NCBI GenBank assembly: GCA_051252375.1
Contig: JBPOFY010000008.1
Coordinates: 91,485-155,484 of the forward strand
From: Opitutaceae bacterium
Lineage (GTDB): Bacteria; Verrucomicrobiota; Verrucomicrobiia; Opitutales; Coraliomargaritaceae
Direction: 5' to 3'
DNA: 64,000 nt
The position numbers were made by a program, and so were the translations under genes. Each line of letters opens with the position of its first letter. Positions within the stretch are counted from its first letter, which is position 1. Below, piece after piece: positions 22,811 through 33,520 of the stretch. The notes beneath the pieces are model-generated. The model saw only the letters and a program-made list of their open reading frames with translations. It was not told the DNA's origin and did not search any database.

Positions 22811-24193
22811 ATGAACATCCTCGAAAACATACCCACTAAACAACGCGCAGCTTGTGTTGCTGTGGCGGAGTCTCTCGCGCAGGCGGGCGGACGAGCTTTG
22901 CTGGTGGGTGGTTGCGTGCGTGATGGTTTACTCGGGATACCTGCGAAGGACGTGGACATCGAAGTCTATGGAATGGATGCAGATACTGTCGAAGCGACCT
23001 TAAGCCAGCACTACCGCCTCGATACGGTTGGTCGGGCATTCGGAGTTTTCATAGTCAAAGGTCTGGATATCGACATCGCACTTCCGCGCCGCGAATCCAA
23101 GACAGGCCCCAAGCATACGGACTTCGTGGTTGAAGGAGATCCCAACATGTCGCCCCACGACGCAGCCGCACGGCGTGATTTCACCATCAATGCCATCAGC
23201 TTCGACCCACTGACCGGTGAACTGCTCGACCCTTACAACGGTGTGACCGATCTCGAAGCACGCTGCCTGCGCCACGTCTCCGACGCTTTCAGCGAAGATC
23301 CGCTTCGCGTTTTACGCGGCATGCAATTCATCGCGCGTTTTGATTTGGTCGCCGCATCAGAAACCATTGCCCTCTGCCGCGCACTCACACCCGAACACCT
23401 GCCGATGGAGCGACTTTGGGAAGAGTGGAAAAAGCTCATCCTCAAAGGCAATCAACTAGGTCAAGGGCTGCATTTCCTAAAGGACTGTGGATGGCTACAA
23501 TATTTCCCTGAACTCGAAGCACTGGATGGCTGCGAGCAAGACCCCGAATGGCACCCTGAAGGTGACGTCTGGAAACACACCTGCCACTGCCTCGATGCTT
23601 ACGCCAAGCAACGCATCGGCGATGAATGGGAAGACCTCGTCGTCGGGCTAGCAGTGGTTTGCCACGACATGGGCAAACCAGCGACCACTTACACCGACGA
23701 AAACGGACGCATCCGCAGCCCACGGCACGACGTGTTGGGCGTGCCAGTGGCCAAGGCCTTTCTAGAACGCATCACTCGGCAGAAGAAATTCTTTGAAGAA
23801 GTCCTCCCACTAGTCGAGCAGCACATGCGCCCGCTAGCGCTCTACCGCGATGGAGCCGGCGACTCCGCTATTAGACGCCTCGCAGCCAGAGTCAAACGAG
23901 TGGATCGCCTCACCCGTGTGGCGCATGCCGATAAGAACGGACGCCCACCAATCGAGTGTGACGGTTTCCCCGAGGGCGAATGGCTACTGGGCAAAGCCGC
24001 CGAACTCGCGATCAAAGACAACGCCCCCACGCCGATCCTACTCGGGCGCCATTTAATGGAATGCGGCATCAAGCCCGGTCCCCATTTTGGAAAAATTCTC
24101 GACCAAGCCTACGAAGCACAACTCGACGGCGTCTTCACCGACCTCGAAACCGGCAAAATTTACCTCCAATCCATTCTCCCCAAATCTGTATAG
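22811..24193 (+). CDS. cca: CCA-adding tRNA nucleotidyltransferase / poly(A) polymerase family with HD domain
   Basis: 'VGGCVRD...KDVDIE', 'RRDFTINA', 'EDPLRVLR', '[10 protein letters not shown]', 'HDMGK'. Confidence 0.85.
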   Translation: MNILENIPTKQRAACVAVAESLAQAGGRALLVGGCVRDGLLGIPAKDVDIEVYGMDADTVEATLSQHYRLDTVGRAFGVFIVKGLDIDIALPRRESKTGPKHTDFVVEGDPNMSPHDAAARRDFTINAISFDPLTGELLDPYNGVTDLEARCLRHVSDAFSEDPLRVLRGMQFIARFDLVAASETIALCRALTPEHLPMERLWEEWKKLILKGNQLGQGLHFLKDCGWLQYFPELEALDGCEQDPEWHPEGDVWKHTCHCLDAYAKQRIGDEWEDLVVGLAVVCHDMGKPATTYTDENGRIRSPRHDVLGVPVAKAFLERITRQKKFFEEVLPLVEQHMRPLALYRDGAGDSAIRRLAARVKRVDRLTRVAHADKNGRPPIECDGFPEGEWLLGKAAELAIKDNAPTPILLGRHLMECGIKPGPHFGKILDQAYEAQLDGVFTDLETGKIYLQSILPKSV

Positions 24194-24204
24194 CTATTAA
24201 GAAC

Positions 24205-24957
24205 ATGAAAAAAATCATCCACACAGCCCTCGCCCTACTCCTTTGCACTTCCATTCTTCGCGCCGAAACGACTGAAGAAGCACCGAGCGTGATCCTGCGC
24301 GGCGTGCTCGACCTCGGCACTATTCAATCGTTCTCGCTCAGCACGGAAGACGGCGTCTCCTCTTCTTGGGTAAAGGTAGGCCAAAGTTTTAAAGGTTACA
24401 AAGTCGTCTCCTTCGACACAGACAGCCAAGCATTGAGCCTCGAAAAAGACGGTGTCACACAAACCATCAGCCTCGCCTCCGCTCAAGAACTCGCCAACGA
24501 CGAGGGCACCATGGAAGAACGCCTCGCCGAAGCGAAAAACATCATGGCACTAATGGACTTCGAAAAGATGATGAACGAAACCATGGACGCCCAGATGAAA
24601 GCCATGGGCGACATGATGCGTAAGCAAATGTCTATGGGCGGCACCGTCGACGAAGAGCTCGTCGCTTTCCAAACCAAGGCAATGGCCGAGATGTTCGACG
24701 AAATGGAATGAGGCCCCATCAAGGATGGCATGTCGAAAGCCTACGCCGAAGTATTCACCAAAGATGAGCTCGGCAGCATCTCGAACTTCTACGCCACTCC
24801 TGCCGGACAAGCCACCATCCAAAAGCAGCCCGCGCTCCAGCAAAAGACCATGGAGATCATGATGCCCTCAATCATGACTGCCTCACAGTCCATGCAAAAG
24901 AAGATGATGGATTTCTACAAACAGCGCGCCGCCGAAAAGAAAGCTGCGGCGGAGTAA
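24205..24957 (+). pseudogene. Exported DUF2059-like protein interrupted by an in-frame TGA at 24709-24711
   Basis: Signal peptide MKKIIHTALALLL. The frame continues through the stop as EME*GPIKDGMSKAYAEVFTKDELGSISNFYATPAGQ (DUF2059-like motif). Confidence 0.7.
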
Positions 24958-24967
24958 ATGATCATTC

Positions 24968-25065
24968 TGTCGCCACGGCAGTCTCTGCCGTGCGTTAACG
25001 GTTCGACCAGCTTACACGTCTACACCTTCGAAAAGTGAAACACGGCAGAGACTGCCGTGGCGACA
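24968..25065. repeat. Inverted pair of REP-like palindromes (GTCG family)
   Basis: TGTCGCCACGGCAGTCTCTGCCGTG (24968-24992) and its exact reverse complement (25041-25065). Confidence 0.85.
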
Positions 25066-25070
25066 CTCAC

Positions 25071-25106
25071 AAAAAAAGCCCCGCAGCGTAAACTGCGGGG
25101 CTTTTT
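25071..25106. terminator. Bidirectional intrinsic terminator
   Basis: A7-GCCCCGCAG-loop-CTGCGGGGC-T5 between convergent genes. Confidence 0.85.
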
Positions 25107-25129
25107 GAAAATTGGTCTATTGTGACGCT

Positions 25130-25375
25130 TTAGCCACGACGACGGAACTTGGATTGGAACTTCTCGACGCGTCCAGCGGTGTCGACGAAGCGCTTCTCAC
25201 CTGTGAAGGTAGGGTGCGAATCCGCAGTGATGTCGCAAATGACGACTTGATATTCTACGCCGTCGATAGTCTCTGTCTTGCTACCACGCATAGTGGAACG
25301 AGTCAGGAATTTCGTGCCAGTCGAAACGTCGACGAAGGCAATCGGGTTGAGCTTTGGATGGATTTCAGCTTTCAC
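25130..25375 (-). CDS. rpmE2: 50S ribosomal protein L31, type B
   Basis: 'MKAEIHP...FVDVSTGTKFLTRST...SHPTFTG...DTAGRVEKFQSKF'. No CxxC motifs. Confidence 0.93.
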   Translation of the reverse strand: MKAEIHPKLNPIAFVDVSTGTKFLTRSTMRGSKTETIDGVEYQVVICDITADSHPTFTGEKRFVDTAGRVEKFQSKFRRRG

Positions 25376-25403
25376 GGTAAAAAAGATTCCAAGGTTGAGT
25401 AGT

Positions 25404-25529
25404 CTAGCCCTGACGCGCTTTAAAGCGAGGGTTTGACTTGCAGATTACGTAGACACGACCCTTACGACGCACAACTTGGCAGTCAGGGTGACGGTCTTTG
25501 AGAGATTTAAGTGAAGATACTACTTTCAT
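25404..25529 (-). CDS. rpmJ: 50S ribosomal protein L36, type B (YkgO-like); below the ORF-track cutoff
   Basis: Manual translation [41 protein letters not shown]. Confidence 0.95.
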   Translation of the reverse strand: MKVVSSLKSLKDRHPDCQVVRRKGRVYVICKSNPRFKARQG

Positions 25530-25617
25530 GACGGAAATTAAAGGAATGGGAGAAAAAAGGGTGCACCTAACCCTCTGTCAATGGCAAAGGCGGAAATAAA
25601 TTCTTTATTTAAAAGCG

Positions 25618-26205
25618 CTAATTCAGCGAAGGATCTTCGGGTTCATCGGCCAACAGGCGCATCTCGGGGCTGTCACGGTGAAGAATATGCCGCCAAACCT
25701 CATCACCACGCAAGGAATCGATCTCGGGAACCAAATTAGCAGTTACCCACGCTCCATCATCGATTTCAGCATCCAATTGCCCTTCGCCCCAGCCAGAATG
25801 CCCGATAAAGCCTCGAAGCTCGAATCCGGAGTCCTCCTCCAATAGTAAACGTGCTTTCACGTCATCGATACCAAAATAGAGCTTAAAAGACCCCTCCTCG
25901 GGAGTCCACTTCCACGCGACCAAAATCAATTGCTCATTACCCACGGGCCCACCCTTATAGAGCGGCACATGGGCGAGGTCTGACTGGTTCAACTCGTCGT
26001 CGTATTCACCGAGCGTGAGATTCATAGGTCGATTCACCACCACACCGAGCGAACCTTCTGCATCAGAGTGAGCGGTCAGTAAGACCACGGATTTACGAAA
26101 ATTAGGATCGAGCAACGAGGGATGCGCAGCCAGCAGCGACCCGGCAAACGGTAAAGTCGCCTCAGTAAACTGACTATTTCGATCTATTCGCATTCGATGC
26201 CGCAT
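25618..26205 (-). CDS. YqgE/AlgH family protein
   Basis: 'LLAAHPSLLDPNFRKSVVLL', 'GVVVNRP', 'GGPV', 'GHSGWGEGQLDAEI', 'DPSLN'. Confidence 0.9.
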   Translation of the reverse strand: MRHRMRIDRNSQFTEATLPFAGSLLAAHPSLLDPNFRKSVVLLTAHSDAEGSLGVVVNRPMNLTLGEYDDELNQSDLAHVPLYKGGPVGNEQLILVAWKWTPEEGSFKLYFGIDDVKARLLLEEDSGFELRGFIGHSGWGEGQLDAEIDDGAWVTANLVPEIDSLRGDEVWRHILHRDSPEMRLLADEPEDPSLN

Positions 26206-26711
26206 TACAATTGTTCTATAACTACCCCAGACTCATTTAAAATTTCTTTAACCAAGTCATCATTACGATAATCACGGCGATATTTAATGCAACTGATCCC
26301 CGTGGCTGCTAGAATTTTGGCACAATTGATACATGGGAAATGCGTGACATACACCGTCGCTCCATCGAGAGGCACACCGCGCCGAGCGGCATCGCATATC
26401 GCATTTTGCTCCGCATGGACCGTCGCCTGCTCATGCCCGTCGCGCATCCGCGAAGCGTGTGGTGCACCAGGCAAAAAACCATTATACCCCGCAGCCACGA
26501 TACGATTACTTTGCGCCCCACCCGAAACAATCACGCAACCCACATGCAGACGCTCGCAACTAGAGCGTGAGGCCATCAACAACGCTGTCGCCATAAAATA
26601 CGCATCCCATGAGGGACGATTCCCCCAAGATGCGGTCATCGCTTCCAACTGATCCAACATCGTGGTTTCGTCGATCTCAGGTGTGCTACTAGACAGTGAC
26701 TCTATTTCCAT
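26205..26711 (-). CDS. dCMP deaminase (ComEB-like)
   Basis: 'RPSWDAYFM', 'GYNG', 'HAEQNA', 'PCINC'. Confidence 0.9.
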   Translation of the reverse strand: MEIESLSSSTPEIDETTMLDQLEAMTASWGNRPSWDAYFMATALLMASRSSCERLHVGCVIVSGGAQSNRIVAAGYNGFLPGAPHASRMRDGHEQATVHAEQNAICDAARRGVPLDGATVYVTHFPCINCAKILAATGISCIKYRRDYRNDDLVKEILNESGVVIEQL

Positions 26712-26792
26712 ACTGAGAAATTACCGTCCATCCCAAGCGCCCCGCAACCGAGAAGTGCAGGAAGCCGCAAATTGAAGCGACGATGCTGCGGT

Positions 26793-27563
26793 TTACGGAT
26801 ACACCGTGATCGACAAATATCCAGCAGGTAGCCGTCCTATAGTCGCAGGCAGCTGCAACCAGCGTTGCGCCGCACGATCAAATGCCTCGTTGCCTGAGCT
26901 CTTTGAGACCAAAGGTGCACCCAGGCGTCGACTATCCCCTCCCACGCGTAAATAGAACTGCACAGGCTCGTCAACTGGATCAGGGTCGGTGAATTCCAAT
27001 GGGCACTCTAAAGTCACCGCGCTCTGTCCCGCCGCCCCCACGACCGTAACCTCTGCAAAATGTCCCACATCGGCAAATGCTTGAATCACATGATCCGACT
27101 GGCCGAAGCGCTCGAAAAAGACCCAAAACCGTGACGCAAGTAAATCACCGGGCTGTTGCAGGGAATCACCGGAACCAATCAACGCATCGGAGTTGTCCAA
27201 AGCTTTCAGCAAATCAATCGCAGGTTCAAACTCAGGAAAACGCTCGCGAACACGATCTCGTTGCGCCAGCGAAACGTTTTGAGCCGCATTCCATTTCGTC
27301 GGCACAAATAGGGGCGCGGAGTCAAACAGCTGCGCTTGCTCTTCCAATGCGAGATCCCCCGCAAGTGAACCGGCTGAAACGTAGCGCACAAAAGCAGCTC
27401 GATCATCCCGTGTCGGCAGTGGATTGGAAACCACGCGAAAAATCAAAAAGCCGGCGAGATGCACCGCAATCCCAACCATTAATGCCACACGCAACACTGG
27501 CGAAAGAAAGCGATGGCTCTCCTTCACATGTCTTTGCCCAGAACTTTCGACATCAGCAGCCAT
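26793..27563 (-). CDS. TonB/TolA-like energy transducer (single TM plus TonB-C-like end)
   Basis: TM helix with the conserved His ('GIAVHLAG') and C-terminal 'VSKSSGNEAFDRAA'. Follows exbBD. Confidence 0.6.
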   Translation of the reverse strand: MAADVESSGQRHVKESHRFLSPVLRVALMVGIAVHLAGFLIFRVVSNPLPTRDDRAAFVRYVSAGSLAGDLALEEQAQLFDSAPLFVPTKWNAAQNVSLAQRDRVRERFPEFEPAIDLLKALDNSDALIGSGDSLQQPGDLLASRFWVFFERFGQSDHVIQAFADVGHFAEVTVVGAAGQSAVTLECPLEFTDPDPVDEPVQFYLRVGGDSRRLGAPLVSKSSGNEAFDRAAQRWLQLPATIGRLPAGYLSITVYP

Positions 27564-28113
27564 TACATCACAGGAAGCATCATTTGTTGGCGGTCACTGA
27601 TTGAATCGACCGGCACAATATCGATGTGCGATTCCTTTTTCTCTCCAGCGATCTGCACCTGTTCAAAACCCGCGACCTGCGCCATACGACACAGATCTAA
27701 GAACGCCTGCAGTGGCATCGTCGCTTCTGGTTTGACCAAAAGCACATGCCCCGAGCCCACATCACTCTGCTCAATATGCTGCTTGAACGCACGTTCGATC
27801 GAGTTCTGCTCGAAAACACTGCCGTCGAAATACAACATGCCCTTATTGCCGATCGTTAACACAGCAACCGCGGCATCATGGTGCGGCATACGAAGTTCCG
27901 TCTCTGGTAAGTCAACGCGCACACCCGGAACCACGACAAATCGCGTAAAGAGCAAACTCATCAGCAACGCGATCACGAGCAGATCCAAAATCGGCACCAC
28001 ATCCAACTTCATGGACGGTCGTTTCAATTGGTTGAGCAAACCCAAAGGAGCCGTAAACCCAGTCACCGAGTTCGAGAGAGGCTCCTCGATTTGATTATCA
28101 CGCGACGTTTCCA

Positions 28114-28114
<1 letters not shown>
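27563..28114 (-). CDS. exbD: ExbD/TolR biopolymer transport protein
   Basis: 'DVVPILDLL' TM with Asp, and 'GVRVDLP'. Confidence 0.8.
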
Positions 28115-28776
<662 letters not shown>

Positions 28777-28811
28777 TAGCTATATTTCCTGATAAATGTT
28801 GATGCCTCGGT

Positions 28812-31466
28812 CTACTCGACCACTTGTATGGTATTGGCGCGATCTAGTGCCAGATTTCTTCCCGGCAGATTATACGCGACCATATTAGTATACACACGTT
28901 TCGCCTCCGCCAATTCGCCGGACTCTTCCAAAATAGTGCCTAAAGCCAGTAAGGCTCGCGACATCCAGTAGCGCCCCGCGCGCCCCAGTTGCACCGCTTG
29001 ATCACCGTTCAAAAGAAAACGCTCGTAGATTAACATAAAAACATCCTTCGCCTCCTTAGGCGCATCGCGCTTTAATAAAGCAAAGCCCCACTTATAGCCG
29101 ACCTCCGCCTGAAAATCGATCGGCAGGTTCGGTATATCAATCAAGCGCTCCAGCGAAATGGCCACATCATTCAATTGCGAAACGTTGTTCTTCGCCAGAG
29201 CCAACATACAATCGACTCGTGACAACTCTGGCACATAGCGCAGCGGGTGCGTCGGGTAAGTGTTGATTAAGCCCTCATAAATACTTTGTGCCCCGGTGAA
29301 TTTATTTAACTTACGCAAGAGATCGCCCTGCTTCAGACGCGCCGAAAACACCAGCGCATCGTTCGGATAGCTCTCCGCAATCTTGTTGTGCAAAAGCACC
29401 GCCTCTTCAAAAAATTCCGCCCCGCGACGCTCGCAATAAATCCCTGCTTCAAAGATTGCCTGCGGTGCCAGCACACTTTCCGGATAGACTGACGCCAACC
29501 TAGAAAGAGTCTCTTGCGCCGATTTCAAATCTGCGATCGAGCCATGGTAATCTGCCTCAGTTAAGTAGGAACGCTGCGCCGCAGCACTATTCGCGTAGCC
29601 CACTCTTAATCGCTCAAGCACTGCCATGCCCTCATTGGCTTGGCCGCCTCCAATCAATATCTGCGCCTGCAACAGTAATATCTCGGTAATCAGCAGCTTT
29701 GATTCCGCCGAGTCCAATTTCTCCACTGGCAATGATTCCACCCGAGCTAAAAGAGCCGACACACGTTCCAGCAGACCTTCTTCTTCCTTAGCCAAAAACG
29801 AGAGGTATGCCTCCATCCAACGTAAGCGAACATCCAAAGTCGTCGGCACATTTGCCGCGCCGCCTTCCAGCAGTAAACGCACACGAGTCAACGCCACCTC
29901 CAACTGCCCTTCCGCCTTCAAAGCTTGCGCAATATTCCACTCCGCCCGCCAGCGATCCGATACACTCACGCCACCGGTAAAGTCTGCCTGATCGATATGC
30001 TGCAAAGCCGCATCCATCTGATCCGAACGCACTTCAGCTGTGATTAAGCGAAGAAAGAGCTCACCGTCACGTCCCCCATCAATCGCCTTGGTGTGTGCAG
30101 CGAGATAGAAATCGACCGCATTATTATAGTCACCGTTCAAGAAATAGCAGTCACCGATCAAACGATTCAAGACCGCACGGTCGGCCAACACATCTGTCTG
30201 GTCACGCAACTGAATCAAGAAGTCTGCCGCCGCTCGATATTGCGGCGGTGTGCGCTGCAACGCCGCATAGGCCAACAAGCGATACACACTGGTGATCTGC
30301 TGCAACCCAGGAAACTGCTCCAACAAATAACGAGCATCCGCCTCCGCAATGGCGGTTTCCTGACGCGCCATCTCCACATTATTATTTTTCAATGCAATCT
30401 CCGCCCGCGCCAATGCCAACTGGCTACGAATAAAGTAAATATCACCCAACAAAGGATGCGGCTCCGTGCGAGCGATCATCTGATTGAGAAACTCCGACAA
30501 GCTTCCACTCGTGGCATCCGGACCACTTGCCAACAATTGCAAAGCCACCCGCAACACATCCCGAGTCTTACCAATACGTAACAAATCCTGTAAGGCCTCG
30601 CGCCCACGCAGTGAATCACGCCCCGCGATCATTCCTTTAAGTAAAAGTAACTGCTCCCGCTCGCGACTACCGAGATTCGTATTATTCACCCGCTGATCAT
30701 CGATCACAGCAATCGCCTCTTCCGCGCGATCCATATTATAAAGCATCACCGCATACTGCCGCGCATATGGATAAGCCGCAGCCTCCCTCGACAAACGCTC
30801 TAACTGGTTGCGGATATCCGAAGCGAGCCCTGGATCCGCAGGCGTCTCCTTCATTTTCTGGAGAAAAACCAAACTATTGAAAAACGCCTTCAAACTCTCC
30901 GATTGCGCCGCAGCGACCGCTTTTTCAAAAGCCGGAACGACCGCCTCGGGCTTCCCCGCCATTTCCGCCCGTAAACCACGCAATAAAAACAACCATGCAC
31001 GATCCATCGCACTCAATTGCGCAGGCTTCACCTTAGCAAACGCCTCATCAAACGCAGTCGAATCGACACCCTTGCCATTCCCGTATAACGCCACGGCCAA
31101 ATACAAATTATAACGACTACCCTGAGCCGCCTCCCTTACCTCAGCCAATTCTGTGCGCGCCGCCATATAGCGCTGTTGAGCGATCAAAGCAGCAGCCAAA
31201 GACACCCTTACATCATCTGCCAAGCCAAGCTCCAGTGCCGGATTCACCAAAATCGAACGATAACCACTCTCCGCCAAACCGACCAAACCTGATCGAAACG
31301 CACGTTCCGCCGCCTCCAAACGCCATTCCAGCGCAATCGCCTCACCCGCCTCCGGTGCCACCACCTGATCCGTAACCAAAGGCGCTTGCGCATGTAACCA
31401 GCTCGCGCCCGCCAATAGGCAGAGCACAACGAGGGGACAAAAGAGAGTGAGAAAATTCAACCGCAT
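28812..31466 (-). CDS. Exported tetratricopeptide-repeat protein
   Basis: Signal peptide and multiple TPR-like helices ('IGDCYFLNGDYNNAVDFY', 'YP.S..A' turns). Confidence 0.75.
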   Translation of the reverse strand: MRLNFLTLFCPLVVLCLLAGASWLHAQAPLVTDQVVAPEAGEAIALEWRLEAAERAFRSGLVGLAESGYRSILVNPALELGLADDVRVSLAAALIAQQRYMAARTELAEVREAAQGSRYNLYLAVALYGNGKGVDSTAFDEAFAKVKPAQLSAMDRAWLFLLRGLRAEMAGKPEAVVPAFEKAVAAAQSESLKAFFNSLVFLQKMKETPADPGLASDIRNQLERLSREAAAYPYARQYAVMLYNMDRAEEAIAVIDDQRVNNTNLGSREREQLLLLKGMIAGRDSLRGREALQDLLRIGKTRDVLRVALQLLASGPDATSGSLSEFLNQMIARTEPHPLLGDIYFIRSQLALARAEIALKNNNVEMARQETAIAEADARYLLEQFPGLQQITSVYRLLAYAALQRTPPQYRAAADFLIQLRDQTDVLADRAVLNRLIGDCYFLNGDYNNAVDFYLAAHTKAIDGGRDGELFLRLITAEVRSDQMDAALQHIDQADFTGGVSVSDRWRAEWNIAQALKAEGQLEVALTRVRLLLEGGAANVPTTLDVRLRWMEAYLSFLAKEEEGLLERVSALLARVESLPVEKLDSAESKLLITEILLLQAQILIGGGQANEGMAVLERLRVGYANSAAAQRSYLTEADYHGSIADLKSAQETLSRLASVYPESVLAPQAIFEAGIYCERRGAEFFEEAVLLHNKIAESYPNDALVFSARLKQGDLLRKLNKFTGAQSIYEGLINTYPTHPLRYVPELSRVDCMLALAKNNVSQLNDVAISLERLIDIPNLPIDFQAEVGYKWGFALLKRDAPKEAKDVFMLIYERFLLNGDQAVQLGRAGRYWMSRALLALGTILEESGELAEAKRVYTNMVAYNLPGRNLALDRANTIQVVE

Positions 31467-31540
31467 GGATATCCCGACATGACAAGCACTCCCACCACAG
31501 GTTGCAAAGCGATTTTTCGGCTTTCGACCAAAGCCTCACC

Positions 31541-31740
31541 ATTTCAGCCTTCTCACCATTTTAGTTTTCAGCGTTTGTTCCTTCAGCCGCCCAAAGGGCA
31601 CCCGCTTCAGTCTCCCCTTCGGGGCAAACCGCAAGCGGTTCACCATCTCTGCGCTAACGCGCTCCGTCAGCATTTTAGCTTTTCAGCCCCCCTCACTTAT
31701 TTCAGCTCTCAGCTCTCAGCATTTCAGCTTTCAGCTTTTA
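31541..31740. repeat. TTTCAGC-type heptamer tracts flanking a multi-hairpin element
   Basis: About 10 degenerate (T/C)TCAGC units. The core at 31589-31662 contains GCCCaaaGGGC, CCCCttcGGGG, AACCGCaaGCGGTT and GCGCtaacGCGC. Confidence 0.65.
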
Positions 31741-31747
31741 AAAAAGG

Positions 31748-31822
31748 TGGTGCCCCCACCGGGACTCGAACCCGGATCGACTATTTAGGAAACAGTAGTT
31801 CTATCCATTGAACTATAGGGAC
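31748..31822 (-). tRNA. tRNA-Arg (anticodon CCT)
   Basis: Minus strand GTCCCTATAGTTCAATGGATAGAA...ACTGT-TTCCTAA-ATAGT...GGTTCGAGTCCC...GGGGGCACCA. Confidence 0.95.
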
Positions 31823-31906
31823 GACCTAGCGCCCATGATTTACCCATCCAGACCGATTCGTAAACCCTAGAATCGAAGAATTACAACGCATTCCACAAAC
31901 AAAACC

Positions 31907-31931
31907 CGGACGCGTGAAACGCGTCCCTCCA
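31907..31931 (-). repeat. Single REP-like palindrome (GGAG family)
   Basis: CGGACGCGTGAAACGCGTCCCTCCA, near-identical to 21797-21822. Confidence 0.75.
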
Positions 31932-31960
31932 CTTCTCACTTCCAACTCCCTACTTCTTCC

Positions 31961-32734
31961 TCAATATTCCACATCGCCTTCGTAACGCCATTCATAGAGA
32001 CCGTTTCGGGTGCGATACACGCTATCAACCTGCCAATTGCCCCAAGCGGTGTGCAGGTAGCCGAAATAGCGGTCCATGGCTTCGAAGCGGTTGTCGCTGC
32101 GCTTGTGCAAGTCGACAATCGTTGCAGTCTGCGGCTTGCCTTCGGGGCCATAGCTGCGAATGCCTGCCATAAAATAGTCTTCAAATGCTTCTGTGGTGGT
32201 AAAGGCGCGACCATGCACCCGCTCCGCATCGGGGTATTCCACCAATCGAAGGTCGATCATGTTGTCCGCGGTCGTCATCTCTAGGGCACGGTGCCCGTAA
32301 AAGTCGCGCTCGGTATCGACCTTGAGCTTCGCCCGCACTTCGGGGAAGCCCAGCTTGGCTAAGGCTTCGACCAGGATGCTGTCGCTATACCGGTGGTCAA
32401 CCCACACGGCTTGGCTACCGTCGCGCGTGTCGATGCAGGCCACCCGGAGCGCACAATTTCGGCTGGGTGGACCCATCTTCAAAGGTGCCCACTCCGGCGC
32501 CGCATGCTTCATGAAAATCGCACACAGGCTGAGCACATAGCCTGCCTTGGTCGGGATCGGCTCTAAGAAACTAGGACCCACCAACTCGCGGACGACTGCC
32601 TCCGGCACGATAACATTCGCCACCCAGCGCTCACTGACTTCAGCGAAGACACTCGTCACCCGCTGACGCGGGACTTCCCAGGTGCGATCATTCGCCGCAT
32701 CATAGATCTCAATTGGTTTCAGTTCTGTTTTCAT
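31961..32734 (-). CDS. Hypothetical protein, possibly DUF2071/acetoacetate-decarboxylase-like fold
   Basis: 'WVANVIVPEAVVRELVGPSFLEP...VLSLCAIFM...NCALRVAC'. The fold is a pattern guess. Confidence 0.5.
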   Translation of the reverse strand: MKTELKPIEIYDAANDRTWEVPRQRVTSVFAEVSERWVANVIVPEAVVRELVGPSFLEPIPTKAGYVLSLCAIFMKHAAPEWAPLKMGPPSRNCALRVACIDTRDGSQAVWVDHRYSDSILVEALAKLGFPEVRAKLKVDTERDFYGHRALEMTTADNMIDLRLVEYPDAERVHGRAFTTTEAFEDYFMAGIRSYGPEGKPQTATIVDLHKRSDNRFEAMDRYFGYLHTAWGNWQVDSVYRTRNGLYEWRYEGDVEY

Positions 32735-33330
32735 AACACCACTCCCTTCCCTTCTTTATACCCCTTGCAATACTGCCCGGCATCTTCGACCGGCAACGGG
32801 TTGCTGGCATCGACATCGTTCAAGGTCGTTTCAGCGCCCCATCCGAAGACCTTTTCAAACCAAGGCAACCAGCGTGCATCGCGGATCACCTCCTGAAAAT
32901 AGACTTCGTGCTCTTTTTCTTTCAGCCCCATTTCGTAGAGCGCGGTATCGTGCTCATGAATCCCCAGTTCATTGAAGTAGCGAAGCATCACGATATACTC
33001 GCAGACATTACCACTCTCCAACTTACCGGCGAAGAAGTAAGGCATGAACCAACCGATGACGTGGCAACTGAGCCCGATCATTTTGCCGATGCAGCTATAC
33101 TTCAGCTCATACCAACGGCTCACCGGAATCGCATATTGCACCATCAATTGATGCACGCATTCACGATGCCCCCACTCATCCAGCTCGATCTGACGAACCG
33201 CCGCCCGGTCCACCGCGTCCCGCAAAGACGCCGCGTGACCGATGTAGGCATAAGCCGCCGCCCGCTCTGCCGAGTAAGCAAGTTGAAGCGATTGCACGAG
33301 GGCTGGGTGGTGTATGGTTGGCGTTTTCAT
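32731..33330 (-). CDS. Ferritin-like di-iron protein (Coq7-like)
   Basis: 'AYSAERAAAYAYIGH', ExxH 'DEWGH', 'LESGNVCEY', 'EKEHE'. Start taken at MKTPT. Confidence 0.75.
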   Translation of the reverse strand: MKTPTIHHPALVQSLQLAYSAERAAAYAYIGHAASLRDAVDRAAVRQIELDEWGHRECVHQLMVQYAIPVSRWYELKYSCIGKMIGLSCHVIGWFMPYFFAGKLESGNVCEYIVMLRYFNELGIHEHDTALYEMGLKEKEHEVYFQEVIRDARWLPWFEKVFGWGAETTLNDVDASNPLPVEDAGQYCKGYKEGKGVVL

Positions 33331-33345
33331 ATGCGATGTTGGGTT

Positions 33346-33436
33346 GGTAGCGGCGCTCGTCCCCGAGCGCCATTGATTGGAAGGCCCCACCAGTGACAGT
33401 TCTGACGTATGGCGATTAGGGACAATCGCCGCTACC
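33346..33436. repeat. Inverted pair of REP-like palindromes (GTAG family)
   Basis: GGTAGCGGCGCTCGTCCCCGAGCGCCAT (33346-33373) and ATGGCGATTAGGGACAATCGCCGCTACC (33409-33436). Confidence 0.75.
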
Positions 33437-33476
33437 TCTGGCGAGAATAGGCTATCCAAGTGATTACATATTATTG

Positions 33477-33500
33477 AGTTTTCAGTAATTAGTGAAAGTT
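33477..33500. promoter_or_regulatory. Second copy of the putative GbsR-family operator
   Basis: AGTTTTCAGTAATTAGTGAAAGTT, 21/24 identical to the perfect palindrome at 34423. Confidence 0.75.
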
Positions 33501-33520
33501 TGATCTATAAAAAAAGCAGC

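Noticed and set aside
24709..24711. Genome-wide TGA recoding (code 4/25) or selenocysteine
   Set aside because: Several conserved genes end properly at TGA, and the context suggests Trp rather than a redox Cys site.
33331..33459. Extended N-terminus of the ferritin-like ORF (242 aa)
   Set aside because: It runs through a REP doublet and looks non-coding. The start was moved to 33330.
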